64,000 nucleotides of DNA from Oscillospiraceae bacterium. Its GTDB lineage: Bacteria; Bacillota; Clostridia; Oscillospirales; Oscillospiraceae. Both the position numbers and the translations under genes were made by a program. Location of the stretch: NCBI GenBank assembly GCA_036300205.1, contig JAXJGV010000056.1, positions 7,685 through 71,684 on the forward strand. The letters run 5' to 3'. The notes beneath the pieces were generated by a model that worked only from the letters and a program-made list of their open reading frames with translations, was not told where the DNA came from and searched no databases. Positions 18,318 to 28,008 of the stretch are shown in pieces. Each line of letters starts with the position of its first letter. The stretch's first letter is position 1.

Positions 18318-19904
18318 ATGCTTGATTTATCCATATACGGGGCGCTGCCCGCGGCTGAGTATATGCGGTACTCCACCGACAACCAGACCGAAAACAGCAT
18401 AGCGTACCAGCAGACGAAGATCAGGAAGTACGCCGCAGAAAATAACATTCAGATCGTCGCCAGCTTCCAGGATGAAGCGGCCAGCGGCACCAACACAGAC
18501 CGGGAAGGTTTCCAGGCTCTGGTGGCAGCTGCGCACCGGAAGCAGTTCCGGGCGGTGATCATTTACGACATCAGCCGCGGCAGCCGTGACGTCGGCGACT
18601 GGTTCACTTTCAGAAAAGCAATGATGTACCTGGGTATTCAGGTGATCAGCGCCAGCGGTCAAAAGCTGGGCGACCTCACAAACAGCGCAGACTTTCTGAC
18701 GGAACTGATCACCGTGGGCATAGGCCAGGTTGAAGTCCTGGGCACCCGGCAAAAGTCCATCGACGGCGTCGCCGTAAAGGCGAAGCAGGGGGCCTTCCTG
18801 GGTGGCGTCCCTCCCCTGGGCTACGACATCGTCAACGGCCAGTACGCGATCAATCCGGCAGAGGCCCGGATCGTCCGGGACGTCTTTCGGTGGTATGCTG
18901 CCGGGAAAAGTTACGACTACATCATAGACCACTTGGACGGCGCCCTGGGTAAACGCGGCCGACCGATCGGCAAGAACACGCTGAACGGTATGCTGCAAAA
19001 TGAACGATACATAGGCGTCTATACCTGGAACAAGAAAAAATACAAGATCATGCGGAAGTGGGCAGGCGGGCAGCTGAATCCCAACGTGGAACGCATAGAG
19101 GGCGCGATCCCCAGGATCATAGACGACGACACATGGGAGAAGGTGCAGGCCAGAATGAAGGACAACAAACGCCCCGGACGAAATAAAGCCCGCCACAGAT
19201 ACCTGTTGACGGGCTTGATCCATTGCGAAGAGTGCGGCGCCGCTTACGTCGGCCACGCCAGCACAAACAAAAAAGGGTATACGACCCGGTACTATTGCTG
19301 CGGCAATAAGTACAGGACGCATACCTGCGGGGCAAAGAATATAAACGCCGACGAAATCGAAACGTTCGTCGTGCAGCACTTGAAGGAATACCTGCGGACG
19401 GTGGACTTCACGGAAACGGCCCAGGTGATCGCCGACCGGATCAACGGCGCGGCTCCTGATCTGTCCGCTGAGAAATCCGAACTGGCCCAGATCGACCGGC
19501 AGATCGCGAACGGCGTGAAGGCCGTGCTGTCCGGCCTGGTCGTGCCGGAACTGGAAGCCGAACTGGATCGGCTGCGGGTCAGAAAGTCGGAACTGTCTGA
19601 CATTATCGCCCGGCGATCCGCCACCCATAGAAAAGTCGACCCGGCGGCGATCGTCGCCATGTTCCAGGCCAGTGTCGGCCAGTGGAACGACGAAAACCTT
19701 CCCGAAATCATACGGGCGCACGTGACAAAGATCGACGCCCACACGGACGGTAGTTTTACCGTCTATGTGGGCGTACATACGACTGGTTGCGGAGGCAGGA
19801 CTCGAACCTACGACCTCCGGGTTATGAGCCCGACGAGCTTCCAACTGCTCTACTCCGCGATATTTTGGGGTGCACTCCTTAAGTGCTTGGGTATTATAAC
19901 ATAG
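18318..19904 (+). CDS. Prophage large serine integrase; 3' end runs antisense through tRNA
   Basis: YMRYSTDNQ, YDISRGSR, GGVPPLGY, LLTGLIHCEECG...YYCC; start set at ATG 18318. Confidence 0.95.
   Translation: MLDLSIYGALPAAEYMRYSTDNQTENSIAYQQTKIRKYAAENNIQIVASFQDEAASGTNTDREGFQALVAAAHRKQFRAVIIYDISRGSRDVGDWFTFRKAMMYLGIQVISASGQKLGDLTNSADFLTELITVGIGQVEVLGTRQKSIDGVAVKAKQGAFLGGVPPLGYDIVNGQYAINPAEARIVRDVFRWYAAGKSYDYIIDHLDGALGKRGRPIGKNTLNGMLQNERYIGVYTWNKKKYKIMRKWAGGQLNPNVERIEGAIPRIIDDDTWEKVQARMKDNKRPGRNKARHRYLLTGLIHCEECGAAYVGHASTNKKGYTTRYYCCGNKYRTHTCGAKNINADEIETFVVQHLKEYLRTVDFTETAQVIADRINGAAPDLSAEKSELAQIDRQIANGVKAVLSGLVVPELEAELDRLRVRKSELSDIIARRSATHRKVDPAAIVAMFQASVGQWNDENLPEIIRAHVTKIDAHTDGSFTVYVGVHTTGCGGRTRTYDLRVMSPTSFQLLYSAIFWGALLKCLGIIT
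19784..19859 (-). tRNA. tRNA-Met(CAT), initiator type, CCA encoded
   Basis: CGCGGAGTAGAGCAGTTGGAAGCTCGTCGGGCTCATAACCCGGAGGTCGTAGGTTCGAGTCCTGCCTCCGCAACCA; C1:A72 mismatch, three G-C pairs in anticodon stem. Confidence 0.97.
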
Positions 19905-19921
19905 TTTATACCCTTTGTCAA
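19893..19921 (-). promoter_or_regulatory. tRNA promoter
   Basis: TTGACA-17-TATAAT. Confidence 0.85.
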
Positions 19922-19969
19922 CCCCTATTTCTTGTCGAATTTGGGCTTCTTTTGGAAGAAAACACTGCA

Positions 19970-19998
19970 TTGACAACCGCTTTTCCAAATAATATAAT
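19970..19998 (+). promoter_or_regulatory. Sigma-A promoter for mgtC-like operon
   Basis: TTGACA-17-TATAAT. Confidence 0.8.
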
Positions 19999-20027
19999 CA
20001 TACAAAACAACGCTCGGAGGTATTCTT

Positions 20028-20777
20028 ATGCACTTTTTGACCGCCACCGCCGGGTCTGGGCCGGCAGGATTGGAGCTTTCTTTGCGGCAGATCTGCCTGC
20101 GGCTGCTTTGCGCTATGGTCGTGGGTTTGGTTATCGGTACGGAACGGGAATATACCAACCGCCCTGCTGGGATGCGCACCCATATTCTGGTGGCGCTGGG
20201 GGCCTGCGCCGTGATGATCACCGGACAGGTGATCTTTTCCCAGTATTATGCCTTCGGCGCTACCCCCGACCCCTCCCGGCTCAGCGCTCAGGTCATCACC
20301 GGCGTCGGTTTTCTCGGCGCCGGTACCATTCTGCGGGAGGGCAGCAACGTGAAGGGTTTGACCACCGCTGCCAGCCTTTGGGCTGTGGCCTGCCTCGGGA
20401 TCGCTGCCGGCGGCGGGTATTATACCGTGGCACTGGCGGGGATGGTGTTCATTTTCATCACCCTGACCATTCTGGAAGTTTTCCAGCATAAGCTGGTCGG
20501 CCCGAATATCAGCCTGCATTTTTACTGCGTGGAAGTCCCGGACATTGCCGATGGACTGACCGCCGTCAACACTCACGCGCAAAAATGCCGCGCCGGACTG
20601 CAGGACATGCGCACAGAACAGCTCCCCGGCGGCGCCTACCGCATCCTTTTCCAGGCGGATATCGGCGGCATTCAAAGCAAAAAACGGCGTCAGAAATTTC
20701 TGGAGTGCCTTACCTCCGATCCGGCGATTTCCTCCGTTCAGGTTTCCAGCCGGCAGGAAACCGCCTGTACATCTTAA
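20028..20777 (+). CDS. MgtC/SapB family membrane protein
   Basis: IGTERE...AGMRTHILV...RLSAQVITGVGFLGAG...GLTTAASLW. Confidence 0.95.
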   Translation: MHFLTATAGSGPAGLELSLRQICLRLLCAMVVGLVIGTEREYTNRPAGMRTHILVALGACAVMITGQVIFSQYYAFGATPDPSRLSAQVITGVGFLGAGTILREGSNVKGLTTAASLWAVACLGIAAGGGYYTVALAGMVFIFITLTILEVFQHKLVGPNISLHFYCVEVPDIADGLTAVNTHAQKCRAGLQDMRTEQLPGGAYRILFQADIGGIQSKKRRQKFLECLTSDPAISSVQVSSRQETACTS

Positions 20778-20804
20778 CTTTCCAAAGAAAGAGAGTGGGT
20801 ATCT

Positions 20805-21497
20805 ATGAAAAAGAACGCCGTCCGCGCCGCTTTTCTGGACACCATCCCCGTACTTACCGGGTATGTGTTTCTGGGCTTCGGCTTCGGCATCCTGCTGCAC
20901 CAGAGCGGCTATGGCGTTATCTGGGCCGCGGCAATGAGTCTGTTTATTTATGCCGGTTCCATGCAGTATGTGGCCGTCAGCCTGCTTTCCTCCGGAGCGG
21001 GACTGCTGACTGCCGCTATGACTGCCTTTCTGGTAAACGCCCGGCACCTGTTTTACGGCATCTCTATGGTGGATGCGTACAAAGGAGCCGGCAAGAAAAA
21101 GCCTTACATGATCTTTGCCCTGACGGACGAAACCTATTCTCTGGTATCCCAGGATCAGGCGCCTGAGGGCATGGACCGCCACGCCTATTGCTTCCTGGTG
21201 TCCCTGTTCGACCAGATCTATTGGGTGTCCGGCTCCATCCTGGGCAGTCTGGCCGGTTCCCTGCTGCCCATCAACTATGAAGGCATCGAATTCGTTCTCA
21301 CCGCCCTGTTCGTCACGATCTTTGTGGAACAATGGCTCAGCACCAAAAATCACCTGCCCGCTGTCATCGGCGTGGTTTCCACCGTGGTCTGCCTGCTGGT
21401 TTTCGGCAGAGATGTCTTCCTGATCCCCTCCATGGTGATCATTGCCGTAGTGCTTACCGTTATGCGGAAAACCGGAAGGAGGGAAGCCCATGAATAA
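20805..21497 (+). CDS. azlC: AzlC branched-chain amino acid exporter
   Basis: YAGSMQY, VNARHLFYG, LTDETYS. Confidence 0.95.
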   Translation: MKKNAVRAAFLDTIPVLTGYVFLGFGFGILLHQSGYGVIWAAAMSLFIYAGSMQYVAVSLLSSGAGLLTAAMTAFLVNARHLFYGISMVDAYKGAGKKKPYMIFALTDETYSLVSQDQAPEGMDRHAYCFLVSLFDQIYWVSGSILGSLAGSLLPINYEGIEFVLTALFVTIFVEQWLSTKNHLPAVIGVVSTVVCLLVFGRDVFLIPSMVIIAVVLTVMRKTGRREAHE

Positions 21498-21816
21498 GTT
21501 ACACGCTGTCTTGACCATCGCCGTGATCGCGCAGGTGACCACCGGGCTGCGGTTCCTGCCGTTCCTGATCTTCGGAGAAAACTGCAAGACCCCTCCCCTC
21601 GTTACCTATCTGGGACAGGTTCTGCCCTATGCCATTATGGGTATGCTGGTGGTGTACTGTCTGAAAGACGTGACCCTGACCGCCGCTCCCTTTGGCATTC
21701 CGGAAGCCATCGGCTGCGCTGTTGTGGCACCGCTGCACGTCTGGAAGCGCAATACCCTGCTCAGCATCGGCGCAGGCACTGTGTGCTATATGCTGCTGGT
21801 GCAGTTCGTATTCTGA
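21490..21816 (+). CDS. azlD: AzlD branched-chain amino acid exporter subunit
   Basis: RFLPFLIF...LPYAIMGMLVVYC...WKRNTLLSI. Confidence 0.93.
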   Translation: MNKLHAVLTIAVIAQVTTGLRFLPFLIFGENCKTPPLVTYLGQVLPYAIMGMLVVYCLKDVTLTAAPFGIPEAIGCAVVAPLHVWKRNTLLSIGAGTVCYMLLVQFVF

Positions 21817-21829
21817 CGGGGGATGCCAT

Positions 21830-22660
21830 ATGGAAAACGGGATTCAGGTTTCCAGCTTAAAACCTCTGCTTCTGGACGAGTCCCAGGTCATGGAGGCCTT
21901 CGGCAAGCTCCGGGGCCTGGGCTGCCGTACGGTGCAGCTGCAATGGATCGACCCTTCCGTGCCGCCTGACGCCATTGCCCAGGCATTGAAACGCAGCGGG
22001 ATCCAGTCGGTGTCGGTACAGGATTTTTATGAGACAGTACGGGGTAATTTGGATTACTACACAACGCTGAATGCCGTCACGGGCGGCACATGGCTGTGTG
22101 TCAGCCGCATTCCCCACCGGCTCAAGTCCCGGGAAGGACTGGATGGGTTCATCGCCGAACTGCGGCAGATGCAGAAAAGGCTGGATGCCCTGGGGCAGAA
22201 GCTGTGCTTCCATCCGGTCAGCGCCGATTTCACCGCGGTTCCCGGCTGGAATGCTGTGGAGTATCTGCTCAGGAGTGTGCCGGAACTGGACGTCTGCCTT
22301 GACCTGTATCACCTGAACCGGAATTGCGGAGACATGCCCGCGTACATCCGCCGCTGTACCGGGCGGATATGCATGGTGCATTTTAAGGACAGCAAAGGCG
22401 ACACGCTTGTACCCGCCGGGCAGGGAGATACGAACTGGACCGGTGTCGTTCGTGCCTGTCTGGATGCCGGAGTGCCCTACGCCTTTGCAGAACAGGAGCG
22501 TTGGGACCGGGATCCTTACGTGTGCCTGAAGGAGGCCATGGATTGGCTGGAACAGGAAATGGCAAAGGCGGGAACCAGCCGTGATGGGTATGACTGTGGG
22601 TTCTCCCCGCTCCCATCTTCTGCGCCACACCCTGCCGTGCAGGCCCCTCGTTACCGGTGA
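21830..22660 (+). CDS. Sugar-phosphate isomerase/epimerase (TIM barrel)
   Basis: LCFHP, CLDLYH, MVHFKD, PAGQGDTNW, AEQE. Confidence 0.85.
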   Translation: MENGIQVSSLKPLLLDESQVMEAFGKLRGLGCRTVQLQWIDPSVPPDAIAQALKRSGIQSVSVQDFYETVRGNLDYYTTLNAVTGGTWLCVSRIPHRLKSREGLDGFIAELRQMQKRLDALGQKLCFHPVSADFTAVPGWNAVEYLLRSVPELDVCLDLYHLNRNCGDMPAYIRRCTGRICMVHFKDSKGDTLVPAGQGDTNWTGVVRACLDAGVPYAFAEQERWDRDPYVCLKEAMDWLEQEMAKAGTSRDGYDCGFSPLPSSAPHPAVQAPRYR

Positions 22661-22754
22661 CGGTTCGGATGCGGTCATCCGGCTGGGCAGCGAATACTTA
22701 AGCTGGATGGCGGCGTTTTACATTTTCCCGGCTTTGACCAACGGCATGAAATGA
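22590..22754 (+). pseudogene. Possible internally deleted MATE transporter remnant
   Basis: MTVGSPRSHLLR (MATE-like N-terminus) joined out of frame to AVIRLGSEYLSWMAAFYIFPALTNG. Confidence 0.4.
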
Positions 22755-22759
22755 ATACT

Positions 22760-22803
22760 GAACAGCTGTAGGGCGGAGGCATGCCTCCGCCCTACAGCTG
22801 TTC
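22760..22803. repeat. 44-bp perfect palindrome, GTAG-REP-like
   Basis: GAACAGCTGTAGGGCGGAGGCA|TGCCTCCGCCCTACAGCTGTTC between convergent genes. Confidence 0.8.
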
Positions 22804-24294
22804 TTAACTTAATGGCATTGGCCCTCCGGGCTGTCTGCGCTTTTCCGGATGAAGATAGCGTCCCTGGGGGATGCCGTATTCTTTTTTGCAGCCCCGGAGA
22901 GTTTCCGTGGCGCCGTTATATACGATGCCCAAGATCCTGGCGTCAACAGATTCGAACTGGCGCACTGCTTCTTTCAAAGCAGCGCGGCTGCAATGGTTTT
23001 GGCGAACCACCAGCAGGAATCCGTCAACCTCCCTGGCAATGGTCAGCGCGTCGCCCACCTCCCCCACCGGCGGCAGGTCCAGAAGGATGTAATCGTAATG
23101 CCGCCGCAGAAGGTTCAGGACTTTCTGCATCCTTGGGGAGCTGAGCAGCTCCATGGGATTCGGCGGAGTCCGGCCGGAGGCTATGAGCGAAAAGCCCCTC
23201 TCTCCGCCGGGCAGGCCGCAGGGCTGGATCAGGGATTCCGCACCGTTCTGCCCGGTCAGGAAGTCGGAAAGGCCGGGCGTTTTTCGAACAGGCAATTTGG
23301 CGGAAAGGGACGGTCTGCGCAAATCGCAGTCCACGAGAAGCACCTTTTTGTTCAGCTGGGACAGGCAGTGGGCCAGACTGACGGCAGACAGGCTTTTTCC
23401 CTCCCCGCTCAGGGCGCTGGAAATGCCAATGACGCGGCACTGCTGCTCCTCCGCGAAGGAAAACTGCAATTTGGTGCGCAGCAGCTTATAGGCCTCCAAT
23501 GCGGCAAACGGCAAGAAGCCGCCGGCAGCGGGAGACTTTTTCTCGTATTTTCCGCCGGACTTTTTTACCTTTCGGCTGCCGCCCTTTGCTGATGGATCCA
23601 TTTCTGGCACAGCTGTCAGAATGGGATAGGGGCACGCCAGCCGGACATCCTCCGGTGTACGGATGCTGACATCCAGGATTTCCTGAAGAAGCACGGCTCC
23701 CATGGACAGCGCCAGTCCCGCCGCCAGTCCCAGCAGGGTGTTATTCCCATAGCTGGGGGAGCTTGGCTCCGACGCCGCAGCAGCCGCGTCCACTACCTTG
23801 GCGGAACTTCCCTCCACGATGCCGGCGATCCGGCCAGGCAGGATGCCGGCAATGGCGTCGGCGATCTTTTCCGCTTCATAGGGGTCGGGACTGGTCACCA
23901 CGGCCTGAAAAAATTCCGTTTCCCCCACGGCCTCGGCGGTGATCATCTTCCGCAGTTCCTCATCCGTGCGGTCCACGCCCGCGCAGTTCCGGATTTCTAG
24001 CAGGGTTTCCCTGGTTTGCAGGATCACCAGATAGGAATCCACCAAATCTCTGGCCGTCACCAGGTCGCTGGAGGTCAGGCTCTGGGAGGCTCCTGTCAAC
24101 GGGCTGTTGTTTACATAAAACATTACGGAAGACTGGTATTGGGGCACGGCGAAGAAAAGGGTGCCCAGCAGCGCGGCCGCCCCGCTTAAGACTGCGGCAA
24201 GGAGGATGCCGCGGAACTTCTTTTTCAGCGCGCCGATCAGCCGCCGGAGATCCAGCTCCAAGTCCTCGTTTTGCTCCTGATTTCTGTCATTCAT
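22804..24294 (-). CDS. Polysaccharide co-polymerase / tyrosine autokinase fusion (Wzc-like)
   Basis: Wzz-type N-terminus; EAYKLLRTKL, SGEGKS, LLVDCDLRRP, ILLDLPP. Confidence 0.92.
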   Translation of the reverse strand: MNDRNQEQNEDLELDLRRLIGALKKKFRGILLAAVLSGAAALLGTLFFAVPQYQSSVMFYVNNSPLTGASQSLTSSDLVTARDLVDSYLVILQTRETLLEIRNCAGVDRTDEELRKMITAEAVGETEFFQAVVTSPDPYEAEKIADAIAGILPGRIAGIVEGSSAKVVDAAAAASEPSSPSYGNNTLLGLAAGLALSMGAVLLQEILDVSIRTPEDVRLACPYPILTAVPEMDPSAKGGSRKVKKSGGKYEKKSPAAGGFLPFAALEAYKLLRTKLQFSFAEEQQCRVIGISSALSGEGKSLSAVSLAHCLSQLNKKVLLVDCDLRRPSLSAKLPVRKTPGLSDFLTGQNGAESLIQPCGLPGGERGFSLIASGRTPPNPMELLSSPRMQKVLNLLRRHYDYILLDLPPVGEVGDALTIAREVDGFLLVVRQNHCSRAALKEAVRQFESVDARILGIVYNGATETLRGCKKEYGIPQGRYLHPEKRRQPGGPMPLS

Positions 24295-25609
24295 ATCGGT
24301 TCTCCCAAATTTTTTGGTCCGCGGGCGCCTTTGCCCTCTCCATCAGATACCGGGGATCCAGTGACCGTAAGAGCAGCGCGTTGTTTCCCCGCAATTGGGG
24401 CATCCAGAACCCCAGGAAGAAGTTGGTAAGCATCTGCGTAAGCAATGACGCCGCTGCCGCGCCGTTTGCGCCCCAGCGGGGGATCAGCAGCAAATTGAAA
24501 GCTGCGTTGGCCAATGCGCCGCACAGGTTGATCTTCCATAACAGCGGATGCTTTTCCTCTGCCTGGATCCAAACCGTGCGGGCCGCGCCCAGATAGGAAA
24601 AGGTGGTATACCACACCAAAATACGCAGGATTCCCACAGAGGGAAGGTATTGCGCTCCATACAATATGCGAATCACAAATTCCGCACTCACCGTGATCAC
24701 GGCACTTTGGGCCAGGGCCAGCATCACGACGGTGGCATACAGCGCTGTCATTCTCCGCTCAAATAAGGCCCGGTCCTTCCGGGCCGCCGCCAAAATCACC
24801 GGCCTGCCGGAATCGATGATCGCCGCAAACACAAAGCTGGTCATACCCGCGCAGAAGACCGCGGCGGAATAATATCCCACGGCTTCGTCTCCCAGCAAGG
24901 CTTTCAGCATGACCTTGTCCGTCTGGGCAAACATGGTAACCATCAGGGAGGACAGGATATAATACCGGCTCCTGCCCAGCATCTGCTTTCCTCTTTCCAG
25001 GGAAAAACGCAGCTTTTGCCCGCCAGCGGCATGATAAGCCCCCAGCAAAACGCCGGAAAGGATCAGATAGTCCAGGGCCTGGGAGACAGCGAACCAGTAA
25101 ACGCCTTTCCCCGCCGCAAGCAGGCAGATCCGGTACAGGCAGACAAGGACATATGCAAACAGCGATGCCAGAGAGGTATATTTTGATTTCAGCTCCGCCA
25201 GGAACCAATACCGGGTCATTTTCAAAGCCTGAAGCGGCAAATTCAGGCTGTACAGCACGCACACAGTCACGGTGGCCCCTTCGCCGGGATTGGCCAGGGC
25301 CGCAAATACCGCAATGCCCGCCACGCAAACCGCCCCGGACACGAAATTCAGGCCCAGCGCGGTGCCCAGGGTAGTGCCCTTTTGCTCCGGTTTCTCCACA
25401 AATTCCTGTACCAGGGTCGTATCGAATCCCAGCAGCATCACCGGGGCGGCAAATCCGGCTACCGATGCCGCGTAATTCAGCAGGCCGTAGTCCGAAGGGC
25501 CGAAGTATCTGGCGGTGAACATGGTCACGATTCCGTTCAGGACAGACTGGAGTACCCGGCAGGCAACGATCCAGACCGTATTTTTGACCGCTTTCCTTTC
25601 TTCCGTCAT
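24287..25609 (-). CDS. wzx: Wzx flippase
   Basis: ARYFGPSDYG, QTDKVML, VGYYSAA, LLIPRWGANGAA. Confidence 0.9.
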   Translation of the reverse strand: MTEERKAVKNTVWIVACRVLQSVLNGIVTMFTARYFGPSDYGLLNYAASVAGFAAPVMLLGFDTTLVQEFVEKPEQKGTTLGTALGLNFVSGAVCVAGIAVFAALANPGEGATVTVCVLYSLNLPLQALKMTRYWFLAELKSKYTSLASLFAYVLVCLYRICLLAAGKGVYWFAVSQALDYLILSGVLLGAYHAAGGQKLRFSLERGKQMLGRSRYYILSSLMVTMFAQTDKVMLKALLGDEAVGYYSAAVFCAGMTSFVFAAIIDSGRPVILAAARKDRALFERRMTALYATVVMLALAQSAVITVSAEFVIRILYGAQYLPSVGILRILVWYTTFSYLGAARTVWIQAEEKHPLLWKINLCGALANAAFNLLLIPRWGANGAAAASLLTQMLTNFFLGFWMPQLRGNNALLLRSLDPRYLMERAKAPADQKIWENRYE

Positions 25610-25631
25610 AACGCCCCCGTTTTTTCCGAAC

Positions 25632-26795
25632 TTATCCTGCAAAATCATAATTCGCCAGCATCCGCAGGATCCCGGCAAAAATGTACACTCCCAGCCCGCC
25701 GGAAAACAGCATGGCTTCTCCCATCCCAGTCAGCAGAAGCACCGAAAACCCCATGCGGCACAGTTTCCTTTTCCGGTTCCGGATGTCGGGATTTTCCTCC
25801 CGGAGGACCCGGTAGAGGAACGCGCAAAGCAGGATCAGCACCGGGAGGCCATAGGACGCCATCACATCCAAATGGGTGTTATGGAGCTGGGTATGGGTTT
25901 TGCTGGTTACGATCTGGCTGTAGGCTCCCAGCAGCGGTGAAGAAATAAATTGTTCCAGGGCATAAGACCAGATGCCCACCCGGGAATCCAGATTCTTTCC
26001 CTCCCCGGTCAAAAAAGCGAACACCTTCTGAACCCCCGGTGCGTTGACCAGCAGCAGGTACGCCGCCGCGAACAGGAGCGGAAAGACTGCGATCAGCGCC
26101 GCCATCGGGGCTGTCATGGGCATCTTTTTCTGCGGAGATACCAGCACCGCCAGAAAAAGCGCCAGCAGAAGCTGGGCATTCCTGGCCCCTGTCTCAAAGA
26201 TAAAATACGCCATCCATGCTGCCAAAACAGCGTGGACGACCTGAAGCACCCGTTTTCTCACAGTCAAAACGCGGATCATTTCGATCATGCACACAGCCAG
26301 CAGAAACGCCGCCGTAAGATTCGGATTGGTAAAGCGGAATGTCAGGTAGCGGCTGACACGGTGATTCAGCAGATACATCTGATGTCTCTGGGCCAAATAC
26401 ATGCCGATCAGGAACACCCCCAGGGTAGTATTCCACCGAAAGACAAATTCCGCTGCGGACCGTTCCGGTTTGTACCGGCTCGTTGCCGCGAAAAACAGGA
26501 CGGTGGACCAGAACATAATCAGCTTTTTACAATAGGCAAAGGACACAAGCGTGCCGCTGGTCAGCGTGTTCACCGATACGTGCAGGCAGGACAGGGCCAC
26601 AATGAGAATCGCCAGCGCATCGGCAGTGCCGATGCGCTTTTCTGCCGACACCAGCCACAGGCAGACCGTCACCGCGAACGTCAGGGTAAACAGCAGGCTG
26701 GACAGGCTGGGTTTTCCCAGGGCCTGGGTCATTACAATGCCGGACAAAAGCAGAAATTGGAGCTTGATCAAAAGGGTGTCAGCGCGGAGCTTCAT
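25632..26795 (-). CDS. Wzy polymerase / O-antigen ligase family
   Basis: Multi-TM; NPN, TGAR, SRVGIW, HNTHLD. Confidence 0.82.
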   Translation of the reverse strand: MKLRADTLLIKLQFLLLSGIVMTQALGKPSLSSLLFTLTFAVTVCLWLVSAEKRIGTADALAILIVALSCLHVSVNTLTSGTLVSFAYCKKLIMFWSTVLFFAATSRYKPERSAAEFVFRWNTTLGVFLIGMYLAQRHQMYLLNHRVSRYLTFRFTNPNLTAAFLLAVCMIEMIRVLTVRKRVLQVVHAVLAAWMAYFIFETGARNAQLLLALFLAVLVSPQKKMPMTAPMAALIAVFPLLFAAAYLLLVNAPGVQKVFAFLTGEGKNLDSRVGIWSYALEQFISSPLLGAYSQIVTSKTHTQLHNTHLDVMASYGLPVLILLCAFLYRVLREENPDIRNRKRKLCRMGFSVLLLTGMGEAMLFSGGLGVYIFAGILRMLANYDFAG

Positions 26796-28008
26796 GGGTC
26801 AGTCCTCTGTAAAGTTCGAAATATTCTCCGGCCATGCGCTCCCTGGAATAGCGCTGTTCCGCCGCGCGGCAAATCTGCCGCTTGGGGATTTCTCTCCGTT
26901 CCAGCCAGGTTTGCACCGCCGCCTCCAGGGCCGCAAGGTCTCCGAAGGGCACGAAGGTGCTGTACTCCCCTAGCGTGGTCTCCTCCGGCGCCCCGGCTTC
27001 AAACCCCACCACCGGCGTCCCGCAGCACAGGCTTTCCGCGCAGACCAGAGAAAAGGTTTCCCTTCTGCTGGTGAGCAGGGTGAGGTCTGCGGCGGAATAG
27101 TATTCCGCCAGTTGGGCTTTGTCGCGGATTTCCCCCAAAAGGGTCACATTTTCCGGCACTTCTCCGCTGACCCGGCATTTCCCCGCCACCAGAAAGCGAA
27201 CGGGACGGTCTTGCATCCGTTTTGCCAGTTCCAGCAGATAACAGCCGCCCTTGAGATGCGCCGGGTCATCACAGAACATGGGTGTGGCATGAAAAATGAT
27301 CGTTTCCCCAGTGAGGCCATGCTTCTGCCTGACCTGTCCGCTGGGCCTGTAGGCAAACACCTGGGTGTTGATCCCATTGAGGATCACCCTGTGATCCATA
27401 TTCGCAAGGATCGGAGAGGCCTCCGCCCGGCGGCGGAGCCAGGGAGAGACAGACACCACCGTCAGGTCCTTTTCAAAGCCCCGGAAAGCCTGCCGCATCT
27501 GGGCAAAGGATCTGGCGGTGCCGTCCCAGAACCAGCTGCGGGTCTCTGTGCGCATTCTGGGGCAGCTGCCGCAGCCGGTCTTCCATTTCTCGCAGTCCAG
27601 CGCGTGGCCGCAGTTCGCGGTATACATGAACTCCGCGTGCAGCGTCAGGACGGTTTTGATGCCCCGCTCTTTCAGCCATGATACCAGTTTGTAGATATTC
27701 ACAAAATTCCCGTTGATGCACTGTAAATGCACCACATCCGGTTTTTCCCGCCGGATGAGCCGGATCAAATAGCATGTGGACAGATAACAGCCGCCGTACA
27801 TGGTTCCCCGGACACGGGAAAGCAGGCTGTTGGCCTTACCGTAGACCTCTGGGCAGACTTTTATCACGCCGGGGGCCGCTGTGCGCCCTCCCCGGCCGTA
27901 GCATACGATCGATTCAGCCCCCTGAGCCAGCAGGGATTCGTGGATATCCTGTGTAATGCCCCCGGTGCTGCCGTGACCGTAGACACAGTTGATTTGCAAA
28001 ATCTTCAT
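26779..28008 (-). CDS. Glycosyltransferase family 4
   Basis: MKILQIN...GSTG...ETFSLVCAESLCCGTPVV. Confidence 0.92.
   Translation of the reverse strand: MKILQINCVYGHGSTGGITQDIHESLLAQGAESIVCYGRGGRTAAPGVIKVCPEVYGKANSLLSRVRGTMYGGCYLSTCYLIRLIRREKPDVVHLQCINGNFVNIYKLVSWLKERGIKTVLTLHAEFMYTANCGHALDCEKWKTGCGSCPRMRTETRSWFWDGTARSFAQMRQAFRGFEKDLTVVSVSPWLRRRAEASPILANMDHRVILNGINTQVFAYRPSGQVRQKHGLTGETIIFHATPMFCDDPAHLKGGCYLLELAKRMQDRPVRFLVAGKCRVSGEVPENVTLLGEIRDKAQLAEYYSAADLTLLTSRRETFSLVCAESLCCGTPVVGFEAGAPEETTLGEYSTFVPFGDLAALEAAVQTWLERREIPKRQICRAAEQRYSRERMAGEYFELYRGLTHEAPR

Larger units (their letters stand above)
1..19790. mobile_element. Prophage (HK97-like head module), left part outside window, integrated at tRNA-fMet 3' end
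   Basis: Portal-terL-terS-HNH, many short co-oriented genes, repressor with divergent promoters, serine integrase abutting a tRNA; host genes follow. Confidence 0.95.

Noticed and set aside
18327..19988. 553-aa minus-strand ORF
   Set aside because: Antisense shadow of the integrase that also runs across the tRNA.
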